64,000 nt of DNA from Antedon mediterranea (taxonomy: Eukaryota > Animalia > Echinodermata), in NCBI RefSeq assembly GCF_964355755.1, contig NC_092670.1:34708388-34772387 (forward strand). The letters are read 5' to 3'. The translations under genes were made by a program, and so were the position numbers. Shown here in pieces: positions 52,363-63,145 of the stretch (its first letter is position 1; the number at the start of each line of letters is the position of its first letter). The notes beneath the pieces are model-generated. The model did not search any database. It was not told where the DNA came from and was given only the letters and a program-made list of their open reading frames with translations.

Positions 52363-53742
52363 TTTTTGTTTATTGTATTCATAAATGATATGGTTGATAA
52401 TATCAAATCTAATATTAGTTTATATGCAGATGATACTTCGTTATATGATATTTGTACAGATCGTAATATTTCAGAACAAAAATTAAATGGTGATCTTAAT
52501 GTCATTTATAATTGGGCAAAAAAATGGAAAGTAACATTCAATGCTAACAAAACGAAAGCTATACTGTTTACACGTAAACATTTAGATAACTATGTTAGTT
52601 TAAATTTCAATAATGTAAATCTACAATTTGTAAATGATCATAGGCATCTTGGTGTAATGCTTAATGCAAAACTCAAGTGGGATTCCCATATCCAATCTGT
52701 AATTAACAAAGCGTCTTTATCTTTAAATATGCTACGTCGTGTCAAACATATTCTACCTCGACAGGCTCTCTGTCACATTTACATATCACACGTTAGACCA
52801 TTAATGGAATATGCAGCTCCTGTTTGGTGTAATATCCCAGATAAATTAAGTGATGAACTAGAAAATATCCAGATTTCTGCAGGTAGAATATGTACTGGTG
52901 CGTGGAAACATACAAGTCATAATGCATTAAGACAAGAATTAGGCTGGTTATCATTGGAAAAACGTAGACAATTTCTTAACCTAATACTGTTTTTTAAAAT
53001 TATTCATAAGTTAACACCGGTGTATCTTTACTCCTTATTTAATTTTTCTGACAATATTGAAGTTTATAACTTGCGTAACATCCGAAATATAATAATTCCA
53101 TTTTGTAAGACCACATCATATCGTTTATCTTTTGTCCCATCTATTATAACACATTGGAATGAGTTAAATAATGAAATAAAAAATTCCTCATTTCTTGTTG
53201 AGTTTAAAAAATTGCTACTGAAATCCAATTTGTTGGAAACAAAAAAACGTTCTTATTATGAAACGGGTGATAAGAAGATTAACCAAATTCACACTAGAAT
53301 CCGACTTGGTTTCAGCTGTCTCAATTCGCATTTATTCTTACATGGACTTCGGGACAATCCAAATTGTACTTGTGGCTTTAATGTTGAGAATCCGCTTCAT
53401 TTCTTATGTTACTGCCCTAATTATAATACACAAAGAGATATTCTACTTGTAAGCGCTAACTCAATTATTGAGGATATCTTAGCCAAGGATTTTTCTTTAA
53501 CATTTAATTTTACATTTTTAAGTGAAATTTTTATTTTTGGTTCCGATCTTCTTTCGAATTGTGAAAATGCTTTATTATTTTATTATGTACAACAATTTCT
53601 TGTTAATTCTGGAAGATTTAATTGATGTTTCTGTTAGTTGTTTTAAAATGTTGTATTTGTTAATCTGAGGCGCCTTGAAGCTAAGATGGTTCCATCTTGT
53701 AAGGCGCCTCTGTGTAATATACTGAATAAAAAAAAAATAAAA
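52363..53742 (+). mobile_element. 5'-truncated non-LTR retrotransposon (CR1/Jockey-group-like RT C-terminus), recent insertion
   Basis: Open 419-aa ORF with FIVFINDM, LYADDT, HRHLGV and a C-terminal Cys/His knuckle (CTCG..E...HFL..C). 3' hairpin at 53668-53710, poly(A) tail, and a 12-bp TSD AAATTAGAAGTT at 52351-52362 and 53743-53754. Confidence 0.93.
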
Positions 53743-53884
53743 AAATTAGAAGTTAAAATATTATTTAGAGTTTTGAAATTTCCACGTTTAAGTGTAATTT
53801 GAACTGTATATTTAAGGTTTAGTACATTATTTCTATTCGTTCTCTGAAAATGGAAACTTTATCGTCTTTAAAAAGTTAAGACTT

Positions 53885-54197
53885 TTTTTTGTTTGTTTTA
53901 TCTTTATACTGGGTGACCTCTTCAGTCAAAGACTGATCTCCCAGAGGGCCCAGTTGGTAATTAGTGGCTGTTATGTACTAATACACCGAGGTAACCCCCT
54001 ACTCGTCTCGAAAGATGTACTAGGTTCTTTAAAGTGCACACGAGCAAGTTGTGTACACTGGACCTACGGTTTATAGTCCTTATCCGAGAAGACTCGTTCT
54101 ACCACCAGAACCATGGAGTGAGTGAGCCTTGAACCCCTGCCGATGTTATGGTTACGTGATTACGGTTCCACTATCTTAACCGCTTGGCCACTCACTC
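53885..54197 (-). mobile_element. tRNA-derived SINE, same family, full length
   Basis: Box A TGGCCAAGCGG, box B-like GGTTCAAGGCT, core GGATAAGGACTATAAACCGTAGGTCC...GAGTAGGGGGTTACC and A-rich tail. Confidence 0.85.
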
Positions 54198-54768
54198 AAC
54201 GACGACGGAATTTCACGCTAAGCTCCTCCCAATTTGTTAAAGCTCATGCATAAATTATTCATGAGAACCATTCTGTGGCTTCCCGTCGTGTTTTGTAAAG
54301 AAGAACATGAAAATGTGGTTGTTTTTTTTTGGTTTTTTCGCATACTAATATTAAATATCAAGTCAAGTACACTTTTGCACAATAAAAAAAAAAATCCAGA
54401 AAAATATGTGGATTTTGGTAGTATATTCATCTGTGGTAGCAAAGTGAAGAAGAAAAAAGAAGATTCAAGTACAAAGTAATGTGGTGTTCTGCATCATTTC
54501 AAATGTTGTTTATTTTTGGTTTTTTTTTCTTCCTTTCTAAACTATATTTAAACATGATGAAAAAGCAATTTTATTGTCTATTCTAGAGGTGTGTTCTGGG
54601 TGACTTTATTTTTGTCAACCCACAGTTTTCTACAAAATGTTATATCAAAGCAGTGATGCATATTTACAGTAGGCAATGAAATGCTAATTTTTTTTTCAAA
54701 TTTCATACTACAAATATTTCATATTTACATTTTCTGCTGCTTGCTTGTCGATGGTTCATCTGTGACAT

Positions 54769-56341
54769 TCATACTTCCTCCAGATGTTCATCTTCCTTTT
54801 GCTGTCTGCTTGTTAAGGGTTCATTTTTTAATTCAATACTGTGTTTATTTATTTTAATATTAGAAATCTTGACATCTTCCATTTCATCAGTGTTATACAT
54901 CGCATTATACATGATGTGTGAAGTTGTTTGAGAATCTGCTTGTCTGTTGTTGCTTGTTGATGGTCTCTCATTGTCTTCATCTGTGAAATCAACACTGTAT
55001 TCATTTATTTTACTATTACAAATCTTGACATCTTCCATTTCATCAGTGTTATATACCGCATTATACATGATCTGTGAAGTTTTGAGAACCTGCTTATCTG
55101 TTGTTGCTTGTGGATGGTCTCTCATTGTCTTTGATCTCATAATAGATCACTTCACTGTCTGTCTGTTGGTTTCTAGAGGTTTGTCCAATTGTCACATGGT
55201 GTCTTTGTTGTACACCATTGACCTCTGGAATCTCACTGTCGCTGTCACTGATGTCATTATTTCTATGATAATATACGTTTTGTGGTTTGTTGTGATGCTT
55301 TCTTTTTTGCAGGTAAAGCAATAGAATTACCAGAAACCCAAATAAGGTTGTCGATGTTGCCAATAGTCTAGTTTTTAAGCCAATTGTTGATGTTGTTAAG
55401 CCAGGGACTCCTTCATTTGCTACTAAAATGGATGTGCAGGGTTGAACAAAAAAATATATTTCATCAGACGTGTTCTGTACATCAGTACTCACCAGACACT
55501 TCACACTGTAATTTCCAGCTGGTAATTTCTCAAAGCATCTTTCATCATTCTCCTGGTTGTCATCATCCTCTGTAATAAGTTCTTCACCATTTAAAGTCCA
55601 ATTGTAAATTGTAGTATTACCAGATCCACCTTCTGTGTGGCATTTAAAACAATGGACTTCTAGTGTTTCCATATAATTAACCTCTGGTGTTTTGTACCGT
55701 CTTCTTATCTCCACAATTAATCTAGGATGAACAGTCAGTATCCATGTGTAGCACCGATATTTGTTGAAATCATATATCCAACAAAAAAATAATACACCAT
55801 CTCCAGCTTGGAAACCAGTCAAAGTTAGGTTAAAAATGAACATACTACTTTGTATAAAATCATCATATAACTCCATATTTACATATTGTCCTTGGATCCA
55901 TCCCATTGTTACTCTTAATTCGTTAAATCTATGTTTTAAAGAGCATGTGACTTGTATTTCCTTGTCTTCAATGATGTTTTTAAAGTTACACCTAATACTA
56001 GTAGATAAAATATCTAAAACTGGGTACCAGTATACTTTAGCAGAAACCGCCACCACATAGTGTTTATCCTCATCATCTTGACATGTGTATAATCCTTGAT
56101 TTTGTTGTACATTAAAATATATTAGCAGATTACAGTTCACTGTATTATTCTTTACAGGAAATTTTCCATCAATTTGACCTTTGAGCTGTTTACTTGAAGG
56201 TAGTATTGCTAGATGATGAATATGTGATCTAACCTCAGTTTCATCCCAATTCCAATATATAAAGCTCTTTACAGTTGTGTTACTGACATCGTGGAGAAAA
56301 ATCACTGCTACAAAGATGAGAATAAGTGATGACCTGGCCAT
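54769..56341 (-). pseudogene. Receptor copy C: ectodomain and TM intact (ORF 55094-56341, 415 aa), tail cut by a nonsense codon and a frameshift; pseudogene or short-tailed variant
   Basis: CAA>TAA at 55094-55096 relative to copy B, then a 2-nt loss at about 55083. Two further tail repeats continue in another frame to 54769. Confidence 0.75.
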
Positions 56342-56719
56342 TATGCAGTACCTTTATCGCTTTCAAGTAAATTTCTCCTGATCTTGTGTAAATATTTCCA
56401 GTTACCAATCTTGTAATACACAATAAAATGAACGTTACAGAAATAAATTGTGATGATTCTGAAACAGAAACAAACTCTAGTGCTTGCTTGTGGTTGGTAA
56501 CAAATTATTATTTTATTTCTTGATCTTGTATTAAATATAGATACAACGTATAATCTTGTTATCCGTGATCGAAAGTTGTTAAAATATAATCGTTATTGTA
56601 ATATTCTATAGTTTCATTAAATATAGAAACAAAAAGTACTAGATGAAAGTTTTAAAGCAAATTTTACATTTAATATTTATAATATGAATTATTTGTTTAA
56701 TATTAACAATGATTACATG

Positions 56720-57290
56720 ATAAAAACATTAAATCACGAAAAATACAAATCAAAACATTAATTTTAAATCATAATAATGATCTCAGCATGAATCATCATA
56801 AATAAAGATCAAATCATTAAATCATAATAATAAAAGATCACAGCATTGGATAATGATAATAAAGATCAAATCATTAAATCATGATAGTAAAAGATCACTG
56901 CATTAAATCATGATAATAAAGATCACAACATTAAATCATGATAATAAAGATCAAAACATTAAATCATGATAAAGATTAAAACATTAAATCATGATAATAA
57001 AGATTAAAACATTAAATCATAATAATAAAGAACAAAACATTAAATCATGATAAAGATTAAAACATTAAATCATGATAATAAAGATCAAAACATTAAATCA
57101 TGATAAAGATTAAAACATTAAATCATGATAATAAAGATTAAAACATTAAATCATGATAATAAAGATTAAAACATTAAATCATGATAATAGGGATCAAAAC
57201 ATTAAATTATGATAATAAAGATCACAGCATTATAAAACATGATAATAAAAAATCACAGCATTGAATATCATGATCATGACACTGAATCAT
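56720..57290. repeat. Degenerate 25-30 bp AT-rich tandem repeat (AAATCATGATAATAAAGATCACAGCATT-like) in the receptor 5'UTR intron; paralogue at 50290-50688 and 51625-51790
   Basis: Read directly; copy number differs between B and C. Confidence 0.85.
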
Positions 57291-57314
57291 GAAAAATATA
57301 ATTATATTTCTATG

Positions 57315-57875
57315 CTATGTTAGTGACGATATCGTGTAAATTGTAAGTTGGAAACCAGTCAAAGTTAGGTTAAAAATTAACATACTACTTTGTAAATCAT
57401 CATATAACTCCATATTTACATATTGTCCTTGGATCCATCCCATTGTTACTGTTAATGTGTTAAATCTATGTTTTAAAAAGCATGTGACTTGTATTTCCTT
57501 GTCTTCAATGATGTTTTTAAAGTTGTTACACCTAATACTAGTACTCAAAATATCTATATCTGCGATAGACCCTGCTTCAGCAGAAACCACATAGTGTTTA
57601 TCCTCATCATCTTGACATGTGTATAATCCTGCATTTTGTTGTACATTAAAATATATAAACAGATTACAGTTCACTGTATTGTTCTTGTCAGGAAATTTTC
57701 CATCAATTTGACCTTTGAACTGTTTACTGGAAGGTAGTATTGCTAGATGATGAATATGTGATCTAACCCCATTTTCATTCCAATTCCAATATATGATGCC
57801 TTTTACAGTTGTGTTACTGACATCATGGAGAAAAATCACTGCTACAAAGATGAGAATAAGTGATGACCTGGCCAT
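57315..57875 (-). pseudogene. Receptor copy D: 3'-truncated fragment (signal peptide + N-terminal Ig-like region, no TM)
   Basis: Homology to B/C stops at LTGFQ (about 57348) and runs into the 5'UTR intron of copy C. Upstream homology ends about 10 nt before the ATG, at 57885. Confidence 0.8.
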
Positions 57876-58786
57876 TATGCAGTACAGTGGGACAGCCAGT
57901 CGACAAATCGTTTCAAATTTCGACTCGGAGAGGGCGCCCTACTTTTCTAATTTAGTTCAAAATTGCTAAATTTTAGGGTGTTGGAAAAACACAATATTTG
58001 TAAATTTAGCTGATTATCGGAAAAATATTGTTAGTGAAATAAATTCATAAATGGTTTTAATATATATACATGTAAAATTAAATGTATTTGAACAAAACGA
58101 TAATCTGTAATTTAACGGCAAAATCAACCAATGTCTTTTTTCCGAAATTGCACCCTAGAAAATCATTAAAATAAAACATTTAGAAAAATTGAACAGTCCT
58201 GAATTTAAAATCCCTGTTAGAAAAATTAATAATCTACAGAATACGATATTAAGATACAAAATTCGGTGGTTGGGATGCAGCTCCGATTATTCAAACTAAA
58301 GGTACCACTATTTGTTCCATCGAAAACTAGCGAAACCGCCATTTTGTAAACACATCGTCATCGTGTTTATGAATTTATTTATAGCGAACGATATACGCGA
58401 TGTTTATAATTGTCCGCGTATAAGAATTCATATAAATAAATACATTCCAATACAACGTATATATTACTTGTTTATTTATCTCAGTATACATTTTAGTTGA
58501 GGAATATTTATCATAACTATTATAATAGCTTTTATACGAGTCCGAGGCCTAGCCCTATTAGCGAGCGATTGTTCCAGGGGCGGAAAGTCACTTAGTGACG
58601 TTGTGATCGGGCGCGTCGGGCCTAGCTAATATTAATAATATATGACCTGAAATAAGCGGCTAACAAGAACTGTTATATACTTGCTTACAATTGTTTTGTT
58701 ATTGATGAACAAACAAGCAATTAGATTGAATAACAAATTGTTTATTCATTTTTTTTGGGTAAAAACATGTACAAACTAGTACTGTA

Positions 58787-60224
58787 TCTATATATAAATT
58801 TACGTAAGGGCAAAAATCGGTAAATCGAGCGTTATTTCTAGAATGTTTACTCGATCGTATATAAAGTTGGTTAGAATCTCGGTACTGATTTTAACCACCT
58901 GATGTAACCCTGTTTACTAATTAAATTGAGTTAGATAATTAGTTATTGACAATTAAAACGAATTTAGGTTCAACGATTTGCCCCAAATAGGGGTGTTTTT
59001 CGATCGTGGTATACACTGTCTAATGGATGTCCGTCTTGAAAAATACCCGAAGACAATAATACGAGGATGCTTCGCATTTTCCTATCTCCTCCTACGATAA
59101 TTGTTTTTAATGGCTGAAAACCGGTTGAACAGCTCGAGTACAGCATCATAATGTTGAAGACAGGCCGATTTTCTTTAAAAAATACTATTTTGATAGATTT
59201 AATATACGTTTATATAAATGTATTGATTTGCGATGAATGGAACATTCCAATCTCTGTTACACAAGTGTCTATTCCCTCAGGCGTCGTAAAGGCAAGTACT
59301 GTATACTCATAACAGAAATTCGATCCATTTTTTCCCAATCTGTTCTGCAGAGGTTGGATATAATTTTTTTTAAACAGATAATGAGCTAGCGTTTTCAGTC
59401 GCCGTATATTATGTACAAATCTTTATTATTGCATTTAAACCACCCACATCATCACCCTTTCCTCACTGGCATGAGTAGCGTTGTAAACCAAGAGGATAAG
59501 CCTATACGGTGCATCACATGCCCTAAACGCAGAACAACTTTGGTGGGTAGGGTAGGAACCAACTTAATTATGAATTGGCTCTAAGAAACAATTGAAAACC
59601 ATTGGGCCTACTAATTAAGTTGAGTTAGATAATTTAATATTTATTGACGATTAAATCGAATTTATGATTTTCCCCGAATAGAGGTGGTTTTCACAAATTG
59701 TTTAACATTATATATAAACATACGTCATCATAGTGTATCGTTACATGTACTGTACTATTTCAATCGACTACGACGGTGATAGTTTCAACAAAGTATTACA
59801 TCATCGCAATGTTTTACTGTGTTTAGTGGTATATTATTTGTAAAACATGAAAACAATTAATATTTCGTTACAAAATAAAGAATATTTTTAAAATTGTTCC
59901 TCTTTGCACCCATCCTCTTCCCCATCCCTCAACCATAATGTTACATACAAAACACAAAATATGTTTGCTTAAATCTGACTTTTAAAACAATTGGTCTCAT
60001 TTTGTGACAAGTTTCTCTTTCGGAAGTAATTCCCAGGGTGCTAATTTTAGTTGAGTACATAAATCACAGTGTCTTTTTATTCGTTCCTGTAAACGACATG
60101 TATTATTGTCCTGCATTATTGTACATTTGAAATCGCCATTTTTTTTACGCTGAAATCATGTATTCGAGAACCATCTGTGGGCACGACCTAGATGGTACGC
60201 GAGCAAAGCGAGCGTGCCATCTAG
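58787..60224 (+). mobile_element. Non-autonomous Helitron-like element
   Basis: Begins A|TCTATATATA and ends with hairpin CTAGATGGTACGC..GCGTGCCATCTAG|T; no TIR or TSD. A second copy of its first about 83 bp lies at 60416-60498. Confidence 0.65.
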
Positions 60225-60523
60225 TAATATAAATTAATAGTAATATTAAACTAATACAGTATTAATAAAATATAAAATAGGCCTAACATACAATAAATAT
60301 TCAATTTTTAAGGTCTACCACATGACAATAACATATTTACAGGGTATAGTGTAGTAGGTTTGCATTCAACATAAATATTTGTATTGTAATTCATCTAAAT
60401 CCTCTGCAACATACATCTATATATAAATTTACGTAAGGGCAAAATTCGGTAAATCGCGCGTTACTTCTAGAATGTTTACTCGATGGTATATAAAGTTGAT
60501 CAGATCACCAGGCTAGGCCGGCC

Positions 60524-61955
60524 TTCACCATTTAAAGTCCAATTGTAAATTGTAGTATTACCAGATCCACCTTCGGTGTGGCATTTAAAACAATGGACTT
60601 CTAGTGTTTCCATATGAACCTCTGGTGTTACTGTTTTGTAAAGTCTTTTTATTTCCACAATTAATCGAGGATGAACAGTCAGTATCAATGTGTAGCACTG
60701 ATAGGTTATGTATGTGGTGAAATCACCTATAGAACAACAAATTACGTTGTTTTTAGAACTAACCAAAAGAACTTTGACAAAAACCAGTTTAAAATAAAAA
60801 TGAATAATGTGTTATTACATAGAAAAGAAAATGTGACATTTCTAGGTGTAATTTTAAACGAAAATCTTAACTGGAAACATCACATACAGCTTATTAGGAA
60901 AAAAATGTCTAGGGCAATTGGTATACTTTTAAAAGTAAGAGAATTCTTTCCTCATAAAGTCCGTATTAGTCTTTATAACACCTTAGTATTACCTCACCTT
61001 CTGTATGGTAACTTAATATGGGGAAATACATACAAGAGCATGTTAGAAGCAATACTAAAACTCCAAAAGAGATCTGTAAAATGCATTACCTTCTCTAAAT
61101 CCAGACAAGCCTCAGAGCCACTGTTTAAGAAACTAAAAATATTAAACGTTTATGATATTTACAAAGTAAACGTCATAGGATTTATGGCAAACGTAAAATT
61201 CAATGAATTACCACATCACATTTTAAATATTTTTAATTACTGTGACAGTATTAGGCCTACTCATAACCTCAGAACAGAAACTGAATTCGAAATTCCCTTC
61301 ACAAGACTAACTTGCAAAAAAACGAAGCTACACTGCTTTTTTATGCAGGATCCCTGTTTTCAGTTGTACTGTAATTATGATGTACTGTAAATGATGACTA
61401 AATAAATGTGGAATAAATGAAATAAATGAAAAGAATACACCATCTCCAGCTTGGAAACCAGTCAAAGTTAGGTTAAAAATTAACATACTACTTTGTAAAT
61501 CATCATATAACTCCATATTTACATATTGCCCTTGAATCCATCCCATTGTTATTGTTAATGTGTTAAATGTATATTGTAAATCTGTTGTGCATGTGACTTG
61601 TATTTCTTTGTCTTCAATGATGTTTTCAAAGTTTTTACACCCCAAAATCATCTGCGATCGAAATAATTGCTTCGGCAGATCTAACCACATAGTGTTTATC
61701 CTCGTCATCTTGACATGTGTATAATCCTACACTTTGTTGTACATTAAAATATATAAACAGATTACAGTTCACTGTATTATTCTTGTCAGGAAATTTGAAC
61801 TGTTTACTTGATGGTAGTATTGCTAGATGATGAATATGTGATGTAACCCAATTTTCATTCCAAATCCACATTATAACGCCTTCTACGGTTGTGTTACTGA
61901 CATCATGGAGGAAAATCACTGCTACAAGGATGAGAAAAAGTGATGACCTGGTCAT
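60524..61955 (-). pseudogene. Receptor copy E: frameshifted, LINE-interrupted and 3'-truncated
   Basis: Three pieces: 61635-61955, about 61430-61640 and 60524-60741. A 14-nt deletion at about 61640 relative to B shifts the frame, a LINE occupies 60742-61429, and homology ends at NWTLNGE (60524). Confidence 0.85.
60742..61429 (+). mobile_element. 5'-truncated LINE (CR1/L2-group RT C-terminal region) inserted in receptor copy E
   Basis: ORF segment with TFLGVILNENLNWKHHI, LYNTLVLPHLLYGNLIWG, LQKRSVK and SEPLFKKLKIL. The 3' end is short AATAAATG repeats; the flanks rejoin the receptor sequence GVFF|CCSI. Confidence 0.9.
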
Positions 61956-62844
61956 TATGTAATGCCTTCACCTCAAGTAAATGTCTCCTGATCCTGTGTG
62001 TGATTTTGAGTATTTCTTATCTGTTGCCGATCTTGTAATACAAAATAAACTGAATATTTTATAGAAATATATTGTGATGATTCTGAAACAGAAACTCTAG
62101 TGCTTGTTTGTGGTTGTTCACAAATTATTATCTTATTTCTTGATCTTATATGATTCTTTTTTAAATGTATTTAATCTATTTTGTCATCTGTAAGTGTAAT
62201 CGAAGGTTTTTTTTTGATGATTTTAATCTGCTATATATAGAATTATACATTTATTATAATTGGAAACAAGAAGTACCTATGCCTTTCCTTCAATATTAAA
62301 CTAAGAGCATTTTCATAATTTCATATTTCATAAATATTTGAGTTGTGTTGGTAAGCTGATGGTATTATAACGAATAATGTTTTGGCTGGAATCTACATGT
62401 TGTTCCCAAATGCTTATGGCACAGAATCTGACCCTCCATATAGAATCTAAGAGCTGATGATCACTTTCTATCGAACCCTTAAAGAGGTGGTCCATGGCCC
62501 AAGTAACGATCTGAAATTACATATACATAGTCTGCTTTATCATGTTTGTAATTTAACAAGGCCATACATGGCTGCAGTCGTGTGCTCAAGTTAGTGTTTA
62601 CCGACCGACCGTCCAACCAACTGACCGACATAGTGAGCTGTAGAGTCACCTAATTGTCAAACTTGTGATGGTTACTACTGAATGGGCAAAATTAACTGAA
62701 ATTAAGTAAAATACCCAAACACCAATCAATTGGTTTAGATATTGATGTTTATTAATATTACCCATTATTAATTTTTTATAAATACAACTAAAGAGTATTT
62801 AGTTTAAAATTCAAATCTAATTATTTTATTTCTTCTGAATGCAG

Positions 62845-63145
62845 TGTTTGATATTCTGCTCACCGGAAGTGGGTTGGCAACACTCCCTTGAAGTAGTTGT
62901 CTTTGCCTTTGATAGCTCAACTATAGCTAATTCCTAGAACAGGAAAATGTGGTTGTTTTTGTTGTTGCACACAATATATTACTGTAAATCAAGTTGCTAG
63001 TTAGCACTGTACACTGTACAATAAAATAATCCAGAAAAGCATGTGTATAGGTAGTATAAATAAATTCATTTGTGGTAGAAAAAGTTAAGAAGAAACAATT
63101 TAATATGATTGATGCACAAATAATGTGGTGTTTTGCATAATTCCT
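62845..63145 (-). promoter_or_regulatory. Putative promoter and non-coding exon 1 of receptor copy E
   Basis: Homologous to 51965-52027 plus 54301-54500 upstream of copy B. Minus-strand donor CG|GTGAGC at 62863; TGTGGT at 62948, 63071 and 63124; CCGGAAGT at 62863-62870. Confidence 0.55.

Larger units (their letters stand above)
52047..54300. mobile_element. Non-autonomous DNA transposon hosting the LINE and a SINE
   Basis: Inverted repeats CTTTACGAAACACGAC (52052-52067) and GTCGTGTTTTGTAAAG (54285-54300). The whole block is absent from the paralogous region at about 62910-62935. Confidence 0.65.

Noticed and set aside
52366-53625. Reverse transcriptase as part of a diversity-generating or retron-like system acting on the receptors
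   Set aside because: It is a 5'-truncated LINE with poly(A) and TSD, lacks the N-terminal RT motifs, and no template/variable repeat pair with A-specific changes is visible.
60671-60741. N-terminal part of the 239-aa ORF as LINE coding sequence
   Set aside because: This segment is the antisense of receptor copy E; the LINE starts at about 60742.
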